Shown here in pieces: positions 45,858 through 56,112 of a DNA stretch of 64,000 nt (position 1 is the first letter of the stretch; every line of letters starts with the position of its first letter). The stretch lies in assembly GCA_007135125.1 (NCBI GenBank), contig SLJK01000032.1, positions 16,237-80,236 on the forward strand, read 5' to 3'. The stretch is from Syntrophomonadaceae bacterium (GTDB lineage: Bacteria > Bacillota > Dethiobacteria > DTU022 > UBA8154). Made by a program: the position numbers and the translations under genes. The notes beneath the pieces are model-generated. The model saw only the letters and a program-made list of their open reading frames with translations. It was not told the DNA's origin and ran no database searches.

Positions 45858-47315
45858 ATGGGTACAAATGAAAAAGAATTTGTTAAGGAGATTACTCCTC
45901 GCAACGAAGATTTTTCTCAATGGTACCTGGACATCGTCTTGAAGTCAGAGATGATGGATTATGCACCTGTAAAGGGTTGTATGGCTATTCGTCCCTATGG
46001 TTATGCCATCTGGGAAAATATCCAGCAACTGCTGGACAGGCGCATTAAAGCTACAGGCCATGAGAATGCATATTTCCCTCTTTTTATTCCAGAGTCACTG
46101 CTGCAGAAAGAAGCTGAGCATGTGGAAGGATTTGCTCCGGAAGTGGCCTGGGTTACTCATGGTGGAGGCGAGAAGCTAACAGAACGTCTGGTGGTAAGAC
46201 CTACCTCGGAAGCAATTATTTGTCAAATGTATTCCCGGTGGATTCAATCCTGGAGAGATCTTCCTCTGCTTATTAATCAGTGGTGCAACGTGGTGAGATG
46301 GGAAAAGAATACACGCCCCTTTTTAAGAACTTCCGAATTTTTATGGCAAGAAGGCCATACGGTGCACTGCACTGAGGTGGAAGCGGAAGAAGAAGCTCTT
46401 AAAATGCTTGGGGTTTATAAGGAGTTTGCGGAGACAGAACTGGCTATTCCTGTTATTTCAGGTCTCAAATCGGAACGGGAAAAGTTTGCCGGGGCAATGC
46501 GAACCTATACTATTGAAGCTCTTATGGCTGATGGAAGAGCCTTACAGGCAGGAACATCGCATAACCTGGGGCAGCATTTTGCAAAAGTGTTTGATATCCA
46601 GTTTCTGGATAAAGATGATGAGTTGAAGTACCCCTGGCAAACTTCATGGGGAGTTTCAACCAGGCTTATAGGAGCACTTATTATGGTTCATGGGGATGAC
46701 CGTGGACTGAAACTCCCCCCCCGCGTGGCTCCTTTGCAAATAGTGGTAGTACCAATTTTTACTAAAAAAGGTCGAGAAGAAGTACTGCAAAAGGCGAAAG
46801 AAATTACAGCTTTACTGGGGGAGAACTTTCGCGTTAAGCTTGACGAACGCGAAGGCTATTCTCCCGGGTGGAAATTCAATGAGTGGGAGATGAAAGGTGT
46901 TCCGCTTCGTTTAGAAATAGGCCCTAAAGATCTACAGAACGACGGAGTAACAGCGGTGAGAAGAGAGACAGGTGAGAAAAGCTTTATACCGGAAAAAGTG
47001 CTTGCGGAGAGGATTCCCGAGCTGTTGGAAGAGATTCAGGGGGAGCTTTTACGGCAGGCCCAGCAGTTTCGAGAAGAAAAGACGCATTTGGTTTCCGATT
47101 ATACAGAATTTAAAAGGATTCTGGAAGAAGAACGGGGTTTTCTGCTGACACACTGGTGTGGGGATCCTTCTTGTGAGGAAAATATAAAGGAAGAAACAAA
47201 ATCCACGATTAGGTGTTTGCCCTTTGAGGTAAGCGGCAAGATTAGTAAAACGGGGCCCTGTGTCAGGTGTGGGAAAGAAGAAGGAGCCCCTGTTTATTTT
47301 GCCCGGGCCTACTGA
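45858..47315 (+). CDS. proS: proline--tRNA ligase, archaeal/eukaryotic-type (class II, type III ProRS)
   Basis: …MAIRPYGYAIWENIQ… (motif 1), …NQWCNVVRWE…, …FLRTSEFLWQEGH… (motif 2), …GTSHNLGQ… (motif 3), C-terminal Zn ribbon …CVRCGKEE…. Confidence 0.9.
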   Translation: MGTNEKEFVKEITPRNEDFSQWYLDIVLKSEMMDYAPVKGCMAIRPYGYAIWENIQQLLDRRIKATGHENAYFPLFIPESLLQKEAEHVEGFAPEVAWVTHGGGEKLTERLVVRPTSEAIICQMYSRWIQSWRDLPLLINQWCNVVRWEKNTRPFLRTSEFLWQEGHTVHCTEVEAEEEALKMLGVYKEFAETELAIPVISGLKSEREKFAGAMRTYTIEALMADGRALQAGTSHNLGQHFAKVFDIQFLDKDDELKYPWQTSWGVSTRLIGALIMVHGDDRGLKLPPRVAPLQIVVVPIFTKKGREEVLQKAKEITALLGENFRVKLDEREGYSPGWKFNEWEMKGVPLRLEIGPKDLQNDGVTAVRRETGEKSFIPEKVLAERIPELLEEIQGELLRQAQQFREEKTHLVSDYTEFKRILEEERGFLLTHWCGDPSCEENIKEETKSTIRCLPFEVSGKISKTGPCVRCGKEEGAPVYFARAY

Positions 47316-47332
47316 TCGATTAATTATCAAAA

Positions 47333-48493
47333 TTGCTTTATAGGAGGTGTTTTCGGCCTGTTTTTGCAGGTCGCGCTTTTATGAAAAGCAAAGTTTATTT
47401 TTCAGAAAGAAGGTCGACGTCCGGTCGCAAAAGTTTGGCTGTAAAATTGGGCAAGCTGTTTGACCGTTTGGGTTATAAAGATGTGATGGAAAAAGGTGAA
47501 TTGGTGGCGGTTAAGCTCCATTTTGGCGAACGAGGTTTGACTACGTTTATTAATCCGGTCTTTGTCCGTGTTGTTGTAGAGCGGCTCCTTAAAAAAGGCC
47601 TAAAACCTTTCCTGACCGATACAAACACTCTTTATATTGAAAGCAGGCACAATGCTGTTGACCATCTGCAAACAGCTGTGCGTCATGGCTTTGGTTTTGC
47701 CACAACAGAGGCCCCAATTATTATTGCCGATGGGCTAAGAGGCCTTGATTCTAAAGACGTTTCTCTTTCAGGAAAGCACTTTGAGACGGTAAAGATAGCT
47801 CAGGCCATCCTGGATGCTGATAGTATGGTAGTTCTTTCCCATGTAAAGGGTCATGTCATAAGTGGGTTTGGAGGGGCCCTTAAAAATTTAAGCATGGGCT
47901 GCAGCAGCAGGGCCGGCAAACATATGATGCATGCTGATATGGTGCCGGAAGTGCAGGAGGATAAGTGCAGGGGAGATGCTGTCTGTGTACACCACTGCCC
48001 TGCTCACTGCATAACTATGGTAAACAAAAAGGCTGTGATAGATAAGGAACTGTGTATCGGTTGCGGAGAATGCGTAGCAGCATGTCCTCATGAAGCTATT
48101 AAAGTCGATTGGACTGAAGATGGAAATCTCATGCAGGAGAGAATGGCTGAGTTTGCCTTAGGAGCAGTGCAGGATAAAAGAGATAAGTGCTGTTTCATTA
48201 ATTTTTTAATGGATATTACTCCCCACTGTGATTGTCACGATTGGAGTGACAGCCCTTTTGTTCCCGATATCGGTATTTTAGCTTCTTGTGACCCTGTAGC
48301 CATTGATCAGGCTTCAGTGGACATGATAAATGACCAACATGGCCTTGCCAATTCCAAGTTGAGCGGAAGTTACTTGCAGGGAGAAGATAAGTTTGCCAAC
48401 CTGTTTCCAGGATGTGACTATACCAGGCAGCTGGCGCATGCCGAAAATATGGGGCTTGGTAGCAGGGAATACGAACTCATAAAGGTCGGATGA
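47333..48493 (+). CDS. DUF362-domain protein with two 4Fe-4S ferredoxin motifs
   Basis: CVHHCPAHC… and CIGCGECVAACP are CxxCxxCxxxCP clusters embedded in a DUF362-like scaffold. The start may be ATG 47381. Confidence 0.65.
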   Translation: MLYRRCFRPVFAGRAFMKSKVYFSERRSTSGRKSLAVKLGKLFDRLGYKDVMEKGELVAVKLHFGERGLTTFINPVFVRVVVERLLKKGLKPFLTDTNTLYIESRHNAVDHLQTAVRHGFGFATTEAPIIIADGLRGLDSKDVSLSGKHFETVKIAQAILDADSMVVLSHVKGHVISGFGGALKNLSMGCSSRAGKHMMHADMVPEVQEDKCRGDAVCVHHCPAHCITMVNKKAVIDKELCIGCGECVAACPHEAIKVDWTEDGNLMQERMAEFALGAVQDKRDKCCFINFLMDITPHCDCHDWSDSPFVPDIGILASCDPVAIDQASVDMINDQHGLANSKLSGSYLQGEDKFANLFPGCDYTRQLAHAENMGLGSREYELIKVG

Positions 48494-48496
48494 TAG

Positions 48497-49423
48497 TTGA
48501 ATAATGAGCTGCAGTCAAACGCAGTGCAGCGATACCGCCAGGGGAAAAAGGCCCTCATTTTAAATATCTTGATAAATTTATCACTTGCTCTTTTTAAAGG
48601 CATTATTGGGTTTTTTGCCCGCAGTCAGGCCATGATCGCTGATGCTTTTCATTCCTTTGGGGATCTTTTGGTAAACCTGGTGGTGTTGGCCGGGCTAAAG
48701 ACTGCGTACAAACCGGCTGACGAGGGCCACCCATATGGGCATGGTAAAGCAGAGACTTTGGCCCAAAACGTTGTCGGACTGTTAATCATTGCTACCGGCG
48801 GATATCTTATTGTTAGTTCTTTTCTTTCTTTAAGGGATGAACTGTTGGAACCTCCAGCGTCTTTTGCCCTGGTAGCTGCTGTTGTCTCCATCGTGGTGAA
48901 AGAATTTCTTTTTCGTTATATGTGGAAGTTGGGCAAAAGGGTTAATTCTCGGGCGTTGTTGGCTAATGCCTGGGATCATCGAAGTGACGTGCTTTCGTCA
49001 ACCGCCGCCCTGGTCGGAATCGGTGGAGCACGGGCGGGTGCTTATATGGGTTACCCCCCCTTATATTACCTGGACCCCTTGGCCGGCGTTATTGTATCAG
49101 TCCTGATCGTATATATGGGAGTTGGGATTATGCGTGATGCCGGCAACGAGCTGATGGATGCGATGTGCTCACCGGAAACAATGGAGGAGATTTGTGCTGC
49201 GGCCATGGAAGTTCCACGCGTAAACGAAATACACCAAATTCGCGCCAGGAGCAGCGGTCCCTGTCTTCTGGTGGAGATGGATATAGGTATTGATGGAGGC
49301 CTTAGTGTGGAAGAAGGCCATAAGGTTGCCCATGAAGTGGAAAATAAATTGTTTCAAGTGAGAAATGATATTCTTACCCTTACAGTTCATATTGGGCCCA
49401 GCAAAAGAACGGAGAACAGATAA
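48497..49423 (+). CDS. cation diffusion facilitator (CDF) family metal efflux transporter
   Basis: …ADAFHSFGDLL…, …NAWDHRSDVLSS…, 6 TM plus a C-terminal cytoplasmic domain are CzcD/FieF-like. Confidence 0.8.
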   Translation: MNNELQSNAVQRYRQGKKALILNILINLSLALFKGIIGFFARSQAMIADAFHSFGDLLVNLVVLAGLKTAYKPADEGHPYGHGKAETLAQNVVGLLIIATGGYLIVSSFLSLRDELLEPPASFALVAAVVSIVVKEFLFRYMWKLGKRVNSRALLANAWDHRSDVLSSTAALVGIGGARAGAYMGYPPLYYLDPLAGVIVSVLIVYMGVGIMRDAGNELMDAMCSPETMEEICAAAMEVPRVNEIHQIRARSSGPCLLVEMDIGIDGGLSVEEGHKVAHEVENKLFQVRNDILTLTVHIGPSKRTENR

Positions 49424-49577
49424 GTATTATTTCTGAATTTTTGCGAAAAGGCTGCAGCTCATGACTTTTTTCCAAATTATGCTTTTGGTAGCAGGATTAT
49501 TATTCTTGGAAGGAGAATATTTTTTTGTAGTTTTTGTATAAGGTGCTAACAGATAGAAAAGGTTTAAAAAGGAGGTT

Positions 49578-50075
49578 ATGGTTTTGTGCCAGTGCCAGGA
49601 AGCGGCAACTTCTGTGGAAGAGAACTTTGAGTATGAGAAAGTAGAAAGTCTGTTGCAGGATTACCTGGATAAGAAGGGGGTCATGGTCCCCATTTTACAG
49701 GCAATCCAGGAAGAATTTGGCTACCTCCCACGACCAGCCCTGGAATATGTGGCAAAAAGACTGCGTATACCGGTGAGCAAGGTTTTTGGGGTAGCCACTT
49801 TTTATGCGCAATTTCATCTTGAACCCAGGGGTGAAAATATTATCCGGCTTTGTCGTGGAACTGCTTGTCACGTCAGGGGAGTAGCTAAAGTAGCTGACAA
49901 GATGCAGGAGCATCTTGGTGTCGATGTGGGTGGTACTACGCCAGATATGAAATTTACTTATGAAGAGGTGGCTTGTATTGGTGCGTGTGGCTTAGCGCCG
50001 GTAATGATGATCAACGACCGGACCTTTGGAAAGTTGGAGCCGGATAAATTAAAGGGTATCCTGGAGCAGTTTTAA
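49578..50075 (+). CDS. NuoE/FdsG-like [2Fe-2S] thioredoxin-fold subunit of NAD-linked formate dehydrogenase
   Basis: …LCRGTACHVRG… …ACIGACGLAPVM… carries the four-Cys 2Fe-2S motif of NuoE/HndA. Confidence 0.85.
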   Translation: MVLCQCQEAATSVEENFEYEKVESLLQDYLDKKGVMVPILQAIQEEFGYLPRPALEYVAKRLRIPVSKVFGVATFYAQFHLEPRGENIIRLCRGTACHVRGVAKVADKMQEHLGVDVGGTTPDMKFTYEEVACIGACGLAPVMMINDRTFGKLEPDKLKGILEQF

Positions 50076-50123
50076 TTTGCCCGGCAGAGATTGAAATGTA
50101 TGCAATAAGGGGAGGGACGTTAG

Positions 50124-50303
50124 ATGGAAAGGTTTATAGATCCTTGCTGTAAGGAATGTTTTAATAGCAAAGATAATCGCTGCGACCAGTTTGTTGAATG
50201 CTGTCTAACAGGACCCCTTTGCCATGATAGCGAAGAATGTGCGGCAAAGAGAAGGGCCATAGTCGAAAAACTTGCTCATAGTCCGGGCTACCTGGAGCAA
50301 TAA
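50124..50303 (+). CDS. hypothetical Cys-rich 59-aa protein (8 Cys) between nuoE- and nuoF-like genes (not in ORF track)
   Basis: MERFIDPCCKECFNSKDNRCDQFVECCLTGPLCHDSEECAAKRRAIVEKLAHSPGYLEQ*. Strong RBS AAGGGGAGGG 6 nt upstream. It ends 28 nt before the GTG start of the NuoF-like gene. Confidence 0.3.
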   Translation: MERFIDPCCKECFNSKDNRCDQFVECCLTGPLCHDSEECAAKRRAIVEKLAHSPGYLEQ

Positions 50304-50331
50304 TCCAAGGCAGGTGGAAGGAGGGAAACAA

Positions 50332-52116
50332 GTGTACGAAAAACAAATTTTAATCTGTGCCGGGACAGGATGTATATCTTCCGGTGCCTACGAGGTCAAA
50401 GAAGCGCTGGATAATGAGCTGCAAAAGAATAATATGGAAGACAAAGTGCGTGTTATTCTTTCGGGATGTCACGGGTTTTGTGAAAAAGGTCCCCTGCTTA
50501 TCGTCTATCCGGAAGATATTTTCTATTGTGAAGTTACCGGGGAGGATATGCCTGAACTGGTAGAACAACATTTGGTTAATGGCAACATAGTGGAAAGGCT
50601 GCTTTATAAAGATCCCAATACGGAGCAAATTGTCAGCAATCACGAAGAGATTCTTTTTTACAGCAAGCAAAAAAGATTGGTGCTGCGCAACTGTGGGGTT
50701 ATAGATCCGGAGAATATTGACGAATATATCATTCGCGGCGGGTATCAAGGACTGAAAAATGCCCTGGATAAGGATCCTTCAGAGGTGGTGGAGATGATAA
50801 AAAACTCTGGCCTCAGGGGGCGCGGTGGGGCAGGCTTCCCCGCCGGCATGAAGTGGGAATTTGCTTATCGCAGCCAGGGCGATAAAAAGTATGTGGTCTG
50901 TAATGCTGACGAAGGTGATCCCGGAGCTTTTATGGACCGCAGTACGCTGGAAGGTGACCCCCATGCAGTACTGGAGGGCATTATGATTGCCGGTAAGGCC
51001 ATTGGTAGTGATGAGGCTTATATTTACGTTCGGGCCGAGTATCCGCTGGCTATTAAGCGCTTAAGAACTGCCATTGCCCAGGCAGAGGAATATGGGCTTA
51101 TTGGGGAAAATATTTTGAATAGCGGTTTCAACTACAAGGTTAATATAAAAGAGGGAGCCGGAGCCTTCGTTTGTGGGGAAGAAACGGCTCTATTAGCTTC
51201 CATTGAGGGAGAACGCGGGATGCCACGTCCCCGTCCCCCTTTTCCAGCTGTAAAGGGACTTTGGGGTAAACCTACCTGTATTAATAATGTCGAAACCCTG
51301 GCCAACGTGCCTCTCATTATGCGCAAAGGAGTGAAATGGTTTACTTCTGTCGGCACCGAAGGAAGCAAGGGAACTAAAATTTTTGCTCTCACCGGTAAGG
51401 TTAACAATACCGGGCTTTGTGAGGTGCCCATGGGTATAACGTTGCGTGAAGTTGTCTTTGATATTGGCGGAGGTATCCGCGGGGGCAAGAAATACAAGGC
51501 TGTTCAGATAGGTGGTCCTTCAGGAGGTTGTATACCGGAGTCACTTTTGGATCTGCCTATTGATTTTGATTCTCTTACCCAGGCAGGAGCTATGATGGGT
51601 TCTGGTGGCCTGGTGGCCATGGACGAGGAAACCTGTATGGTAGATCTTGCCCGATATTTCCTATCTTTTACCCAAAATGAATCTTGCGGTAAATGCACTC
51701 CGTGCCGTGAAGGCACCAAGCGCATGCTGGAGATTTTAGAGCGTATTACTGAGGGAAAAGGGGAGGCTGAAGATATCTCTCGCCTCGAGAAAATCGCTGT
51801 AACTGTTAAAGACAGTTCTCTTTGTGGATTGGGACAGACGGCGCCAAATCCTATACTTACCACGCTGAGGTATTTCCGGGATGAATACGAAGCACATATC
51901 TATGACCGCAGATGTCCGGCCGGGATGTGCAAGGAACTGCTCAGTTACTATATAGACCCAGAAATCTGTAACGGGTGCCGTGCCTGTACCAAGGTCTGCC
52001 CCGTTGAGGCTATAACGGGCGAAAAAAAGGAACCTCACGTAATTGATGAGGAAAAATGTATTGCGTGCGGTGCCTGCCTGGATCGTTGTAAATTTGGAGC
52101 TGTAAAGACAAAGTAA
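50332..52116 (+). CDS. NuoF/FdsB-like NAD(H)-binding FMN/Fe-S subunit with N-terminal 2Fe-2S domain and C-terminal 2x[4Fe-4S]
   Basis: GTG 50332 with AGGAGGG RBS; the track opens at 50272. …GRGGAGFPAGMKWEF… (NADH/FMN site), …ESCGKCTPCREG… (N3 cluster), C-terminal CNGCRAC…CIACGAC. Confidence 0.85.
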   Translation: MYEKQILICAGTGCISSGAYEVKEALDNELQKNNMEDKVRVILSGCHGFCEKGPLLIVYPEDIFYCEVTGEDMPELVEQHLVNGNIVERLLYKDPNTEQIVSNHEEILFYSKQKRLVLRNCGVIDPENIDEYIIRGGYQGLKNALDKDPSEVVEMIKNSGLRGRGGAGFPAGMKWEFAYRSQGDKKYVVCNADEGDPGAFMDRSTLEGDPHAVLEGIMIAGKAIGSDEAYIYVRAEYPLAIKRLRTAIAQAEEYGLIGENILNSGFNYKVNIKEGAGAFVCGEETALLASIEGERGMPRPRPPFPAVKGLWGKPTCINNVETLANVPLIMRKGVKWFTSVGTEGSKGTKIFALTGKVNNTGLCEVPMGITLREVVFDIGGGIRGGKKYKAVQIGGPSGGCIPESLLDLPIDFDSLTQAGAMMGSGGLVAMDEETCMVDLARYFLSFTQNESCGKCTPCREGTKRMLEILERITEGKGEAEDISRLEKIAVTVKDSSLCGLGQTAPNPILTTLRYFRDEYEAHIYDRRCPAGMCKELLSYYIDPEICNGCRACTKVCPVEAITGEKKEPHVIDEEKCIACGACLDRCKFGAVKTK

Positions 52117-52136
52117 CCGGTAAAGGAGGGACTGAA

Positions 52137-54812
52137 ATGCTTTCATTAACAATAAATGGTCATGAAGTAAAAGTGGAACCGGGTAGTACCATCCTGCAGG
52201 CAGCTGAAAAGCTGGGTATATTTATACCGACTTTTTGTTATGATCCGCAGCTTGCCCAGGTGGGTGCTTGTCGTATCTGCGTAGTAGAAGTGGAGAAGGC
52301 CCGTGCTTTGGTGGCTTCTTGTTGCACTCCTGCTGCAGATGGCATGATTGTGCATACGGATAGCGAGCGTGTTTTAGCTGCCCGCCAGGCTAACTTGAGC
52401 CTGCTGTTGGCCAATCACCCCCTGGACTGTCTTACCTGTGAAAAAACTGGCGAGTGTAAGCTGCAGGATTACTGTTACCTCTACGGGGTAGACGAAAGTG
52501 ATTTTGTCGGTGCGCAGAAAGACTATGATCTGGATGATACCAATCCTTTTTATATAAGGGACATGAATAAGTGCATCCTGTGCGGTCTCTGTGTGCGTAT
52601 CTGTTATGATGTTAATGGAGCTGGTGCTATTGAATTTATAAACAGGGGTTTTGACTCTAAGGTTACTCCTGCTTTTGACGATCCGATGGAGTATTCTTCC
52701 TGTGTTTTTTGCGGAATGTGTGTGGATTCCTGTCCTGTAGGTGCTCTTATTCCGAAGGAGAGTATTCGACAGGCCCGTCCCTGGGAACTGAAAAGCGTAA
52801 AAACCATCTGTCCGTACTGTGGCACCGGTTGTGGTTTAGAGCTTTTGGTAAAAGACAACAAAGTAGTTAAGGTTAGGGGAGATTTATCTAATCCTGTTAG
52901 CCGGGGACAGACCTGTGTTAAAGGTCATTTCGGGATCGATTTTCTGGACAGTCCGGACCGTTTAAAGACACCCCTGGTTAAAAAGAACGGTGAATTTAGG
53001 GAGACTACCTGGGAGGATGCCTTGGAGCTGGTAGCTGCCAAACTCAAGGAGGTAAAGCCCACAGAAGTGGCAGGCTTGGCGTCGGCAAGGGCTACCAATG
53101 AAGAAAACTATCTTTTCCAGAAGCTTATCCGGTCACTAGGCAGTAATAGTGTAGACCATTGTGCCCGGCTTTGACATGCACCTACTGTAGCCGGTCTGGC
53201 TACATCTTTTGGCAGCGGTGCTATGACCAACAGTATTAGTGAGATAGAAGATGCTCAAGCGCTTTTTGTCATTGGCTCGAATACTACCGAGACCCATCCC
53301 GTTATCGGTTACAGGATTAAGATGGCAAAAAATAAAGGTGCTTCACTTATCGTAGCCGATCCCAGGCATATTGATTTAGCCGACTATGCTGATGTTTTTT
53401 TGCAGATGCGCCCGGGAACCGACGGGGCACTTCTTAACGGACTATTGAACGTAATTGTAGACGAAAGTCTGATTGACAAGGCTTTTATCGAGAAGAGAAC
53501 AGAGGGTTTCGAGGAGTTAGTGGCAGCTGTTAAAAAGTATACTCCAGAATACGTGGAAGGGATTACGGGCGTGCCTGCCGCTGATATTCGCAAGGCTGCA
53601 AGGTTATATGGCACTGCGGAAAATGCTGCTATCTGTTATACCATGGGTATTACCCAGCATGTGGAAGGGACAAATAATGTGTTGGCTATAGCTAACCTGG
53701 CCATGGCCTCAGGTAACCTGGGCAAACCTCACAGCGGTGTGAATCCTTTAAGGGGACAGAATAATGTCCAGGGGGCCTGTGACATGGGAGCGTTACCTAA
53801 TGTTTTTACCGGTTATCAGCGGGTTGATATGGATGCCCAACGAGAGAAATTTGAGAAGGCTTGGGGAGTCGCTCTTAACTCAACTCCCGGCTATACTGTA
53901 ACCGAGGTTATGGATGCTGTTTTGGATGGGAAGGTTAAATTTATGTATGTTATGGGCGAAAATCCTTCTCTAAGCGATCCTAACCTTCATCATGTGGACG
54001 AAGCTCTGACTGAGGTAGATTTTTTAGTAGTCCAGGATATTTTCTTGACAGAGACAGCACAAAAAGCCGACGTGGTATTACCGGCAGCTGCTTTTGCCGA
54101 AAAAGAAGGCACTTTTGTAAATACTGAACGGCGTGTACAGCTTATCCGCCAGGCGGTTACAGCTCCAGGAGAAGCCAAACCTGACTGGGTAATTCTGACG
54201 GAATTGGCCCAAAGACTTGGATTGCCCTGGAAATATGAAAGCGCAGAAGATGTCTTCCGTGAAATAACGGATCTGACCCCCAGTTATGCCGGGATTAGTT
54301 ATCAGCGCCTGGAAAATGAAGGTGGGCTGCAGTGGCCCTGTCCGGAAGAGGGACACCCCGGTACATCCATCTTGCACAAGGATGTTTTTGCAAAAGGTAA
54401 GGGTGTATTTACGCCGGTAGAGTATTCTCCACCGGCAGAAGAACCATGCCAGGAGTACCCCCTTATTCTCACTACGGGGAGGGACCTTTACCATTATCAC
54501 ACTGGTTCTATGACCAGACAAAGCAAAGGACTTGCCGCGTTCAGGCCGATGGAGAAAGCCCAGGTAAATCCTGAAGATGCGAAAGCATTGGGGCTGGAGG
54601 AAGGTGACGCTATCAAGATTACTTCCAGAAGAGGAGAAGTAACGGCCAGATCTACTATAACAGAAATTGTACCTCCTGGTGTGGTTTTCATGACTTTTCA
54701 CTTTCATGAATCTGCGGTAAACCTTTTAACCTGCTGCGAAGCGATAGATCCCGTGGCCAAGATTCCCGAGCTTAAAACATGTGCTATCAAACTGGAAAAA
54801 GCAGCTTTGTAA
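52137..54812 (+). CDS. fdhA: formate dehydrogenase catalytic subunit, molybdo/tungstopterin, selenocysteine-containing (in-frame UGA at 53172-53174)
   Basis: Track ORFs 52137-53174 and 53223-54812 are in the same frame and bridged by …VDHCARL-U-HAPTVAGLA… This is the canonical Sec position of formate dehydrogenase. The N-terminus has 2Fe-2S and 4Fe-4S motifs; the C-terminus has MopB domains. Confidence 0.85.
53176..53221 (+). promoter_or_regulatory. SECIS-like hairpin immediately 3' of the Sec UGA
   Basis: TGTAGCC-GGTCT-GGCTACA (7-bp stem, GGUCU apical loop), nested in outer GCACC…GGTGC pairing. It begins 12 nt after the UGA. Confidence 0.5.
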
Positions 54813-54840
54813 CAGTAATTGAAGCATTGGTAAGTTTATT

Positions 54841-54876
54841 AAGGCCCCCTTCAGTTTAGCAGAGGGGGCCTTTTAG
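54841..54876 (+). terminator. intrinsic terminator after fdhA
   Basis: AAGGCCCCC / GGGGGCCTT stem with a 14-nt loop, then TTTT. Confidence 0.55.
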
Positions 54877-54929
54877 TAACCTGGGTTCAAAGGATTCTTT
54901 ATGTTTTAAAAAGAGAGGGGTTTTTAAGA

Positions 54930-55712
54930 ATGAAATACAAGAAAATATCAGTAGTAGATAATCAAGGTATAGTAACCTTAACCCTGGAACGTCCGGAAGT
55001 ATTTAATGCCCTGGATGAACTTTCGGTACAGGAAATCAAGGAAGCTGTTTACCGCAGCGCTGAAAAAAGTGATTTAAGAGGTTTAATCATCACGGGCAGG
55101 GGGGAAAAGGCTTTCTCGGCGGGGGCAGACCTAAAGAGCCTCAGCTCCTTGAGTGCTGTAGAGTATTATAATTCCCTGGAGGATGCTCTGGAGGTACTTG
55201 AAAAAATATGGACTATGAAGGTGCCTACTGTTGCAGCTATTAATGGCCTGGCTTTGGGTGGAGGGTGTGAGCTTGCACTGGCCTGTGATTTTAGAATTGC
55301 TGTTCCAGAAGCGCGTATTGGTCTTCCCGAACTTAATCATGCTCTTTTACCCGGGTGGGGTGGAGTACACTTAATGTCACGCATTCTGGGCAGGGCCAAA
55401 ACTTTGGAACTGGTTTTAACCGGTGAACCTGTAAAGGGTGATAAAGCCTTGGAAATAGGGTTGGTGACAAAGATCGCTCCCAGGGAGCGGTTGCTTGAAG
55501 AAGCAGAGACTCTTATCAATAAAGTTGGCGAAAAGGGTCCTATTGCCATCAAACTGGTGAAGGAGATAGTGAATAATTACCAGGACACCGATATCAAAAA
55601 AGCTTTTTTCCACGAAGCTTTATGCAGCATGGCAGCTTTTGTCTCTGAGGATGCCCGCGAGGGTATAAAGGCATTTTCCAGCAACGAAAAACCGTTCTTT
55701 AAAGGTAAGTAA
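54930..55712 (+). CDS. enoyl-CoA hydratase/isomerase (crotonase) family
   Basis: …FSAGADLK…, …AAINGLALGGGCELALACDFRIA… is the crotonase oxyanion-hole signature. Confidence 0.85.
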   Translation: MKYKKISVVDNQGIVTLTLERPEVFNALDELSVQEIKEAVYRSAEKSDLRGLIITGRGEKAFSAGADLKSLSSLSAVEYYNSLEDALEVLEKIWTMKVPTVAAINGLALGGGCELALACDFRIAVPEARIGLPELNHALLPGWGGVHLMSRILGRAKTLELVLTGEPVKGDKALEIGLVTKIAPRERLLEEAETLINKVGEKGPIAIKLVKEIVNNYQDTDIKKAFFHEALCSMAAFVSEDAREGIKAFSSNEKPFFKGK

Positions 55713-55791
55713 AAAATGTCAGGAACCCGGCAGTGGGATTGCCATTTTTAGCCGAATCATACTCTGGGGATAAAAAACATTTAAGCTTAAC

Positions 55792-56100
55792 TTATTCTCC
55801 TTCTTTCTGTAAGCGTTGGTTTTGATCCTTCAGCCGTTCTATTTCTTCTAACAACTCCAGAATAACGGCGGCACCGGTCAGATTTATTCCCAGTGTCCGC
55901 CGCAGTCGCAGCACCTTAAAGATACGGTGGACCTGATCTGAGCGTATTTGGGTTCCCCGGGCCTCAATAATCCCTGTTTCTACAAGTTTTTGAAACAGGT
56001 CTAATGGAATACTCAGCCTATTAATATCTATCCAGCGATATTCTTCTTCGGAGATTTCTGCGTCGAAACAGAAAAGCTCAATGCTGTATCTTCTCATCAC
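55792..56100 (-). CDS. MerR-like chaperone-modulator protein (CbpM-like)
   Basis: 102 aa immediately downstream of the DnaJ-homolog gene. Size and arrangement match cbpA-cbpM. Confidence 0.55.
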   Translation of the reverse strand: MMRRYSIELFCFDAEISEEEYRWIDINRLSIPLDLFQKLVETGIIEARGTQIRSDQVHRIFKVLRLRRTLGINLTGAAVILELLEEIERLKDQNQRLQKEGE

Positions 56101-56112
56101 TTACACCCCCAC

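Noticed and set aside
54078-54707. 209-aa minus-strand ORF
   Set aside because: It is antisense within fdhA.
53223-54812. Track ORF 53223-54812 as an independent gene
   Set aside because: It is in the same frame as 52137-53174 and is separated only by UGA at the conserved formate dehydrogenase Sec position, with a SECIS-like hairpin. I treated it as the C-terminal part of one selenoprotein.
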